Shown here one piece after another: positions 62,943-64,000 of a stretch of DNA of 64,000 nucleotides. The notes under the pieces are model-generated. The model was not told the DNA's origin. It did no database searches and saw only the letters and a list, made by a program, of their open reading frames with translations. The stretch's first letter is position 1; every line of letters starts with the position of its first letter. The position numbers and the translations under genes were made by a program. This DNA comes from Mobula hypostoma (lineage: Eukaryota): positions 169,820,001 to 169,884,000 of the forward strand of contig NC_086097.1 of NCBI RefSeq assembly GCF_963921235.1, written 5' to 3'.

Positions 62943-63687
62943 TCCTTCCAGGTGAGGCGACACTTCACCTGTGAGTCGGCTGGGGTGAAATACTGCGTCC
63001 GGTCTCCCGATATGGCCTTCTATATATTGGCGAGACCCGACGCAGACTGGGAGACCGCTTTGCTGAACACCTACGCTCTGTCCGTCAGAGAAAGCAGGAT
63101 CTCCCAGTGGCCACACATTTTAATTCCACATCCCATTCCCATTCTGACACGTCTATCCACGGCCTCCTCTACTGTAAAGATGAAGCCACACTCAGGTTGG
63201 AGGAACAACACCTTATATTCCGTCTGGGTAGCCTCCAACCTGATGGCATGAACATTGACTTCTCTAACTTCCGATAATGCCCCACTTCCCCCTCATACCC
63301 CATCCGTTATTTATTTATATACACACATTCTTTTTCTCCCTCTGTCCCTCTCACTATACCCCTTGCTCATCCTCTGGGTTCCCCTCCCCCTTGCCTTTCT
63401 CCCCGGACCTCCTGTCCCATGATCCTCTCATATCCCTTTTGCCAATCACCTGTCCAGCTCTCGGCTCCATCCCTCCCTCTCCTGTCTTCTCCTATCATTT
63501 TGGATCTCCCCTCCCCCTCCCACTTTCAAATGTCTTACTAGCTCTTCCTTCCGTTAGTCCTGACGAAGGGTCTCGGCCTGAAACGTGGACTGTACCTCTT
63601 CCTAGAGATGCTGCCTGGCCTGCTGCGTTCACCAGCAACTTTGATGTGTGTTGCTTGAATTTCCAGCATCTGCAGAATTCCTGTTGT
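62943..63687 (+). mobile_element. Penelope-like element 3' part (GIY-YIG remnant and terminal repeat)
   Basis: FQVRRHFTCESAGVKYC...YIGETRRRLGDRFAEHL (frameshifted). TSD TTGA(G/A)AAGATTGGG at 62929-62942 and 63688-63701, inside a CR1 fragment. Confidence 0.9.
63556..63591 (+). ncRNA. Minimal type I hammerhead ribozyme motif (cleavage triplet mutated)
   Basis: AGTC-CTGACGA-A-GGGTCTCGGCCT-GAAAC-GTG-GACT: core boxes intact, GUC changed to GUG. Confidence 0.72.
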
Positions 63688-64000
63688 TTGAAAAGATTGG
63701 GACTTTTTTCATTGCAGTGTAGGAGAATGAGGGGTGATCTTTTGAAGGTGTGGTAAATATTACGGGCACAGATAGGGCCAATATTTATTTCCAGAGTTGG
63801 GAAATCAAGGGCATTGGTTTAAGGTAAGGGAGGAACATTTAATAGGAACCTAAGGGCAAACCTTTCACCTAGAGAGTGATTAGCTTATGGAATGAACTGC
63901 CCGAGGAAGGAATTGAGGCAGATACTGTACATTAGCAACATTTAAAAAAGTATTTGGACAGGTACATGAATAGGAAATCTTTAGATGGAAATGAGACAAA

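Overview
Vertebrate genomic DNA, inferred to be a cartilaginous fish and probably a ray (from the MC2R sequence and the CR1/HE1/Penelope repeat landscape). Only two host genes are supported, both melanocortin receptors with uninterrupted ORFs, arranged tail-to-tail about 21.5 kb apart: MC5R (+, 24394-25353) and MC2R (-, 46897-47973). Most of the rest is transposable-element debris, often nested: CR1 LINEs, Penelope-like elements (PLEs), a young 5'-truncated L1-clade LINE, RTE and Rex-like LINE ends, tRNA-derived SINEs, two solo LTRs, a decayed hAT/Charlie transposon and a hAT MITE. The most notable non-coding signals are: a minimal hammerhead-ribozyme motif recurring in about a dozen PLE terminal repeats; a 6x 27-nt reiteration of a PLE terminus; an 81-bp inverted duplication with one-directional A>G/T>C differences downstream of the MC2R stop; and short uORFs upstream of both receptor starts. 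Repeat family names come from motif recognition, not database searches. Boundaries without a target-site duplication (TSD) are approximate.
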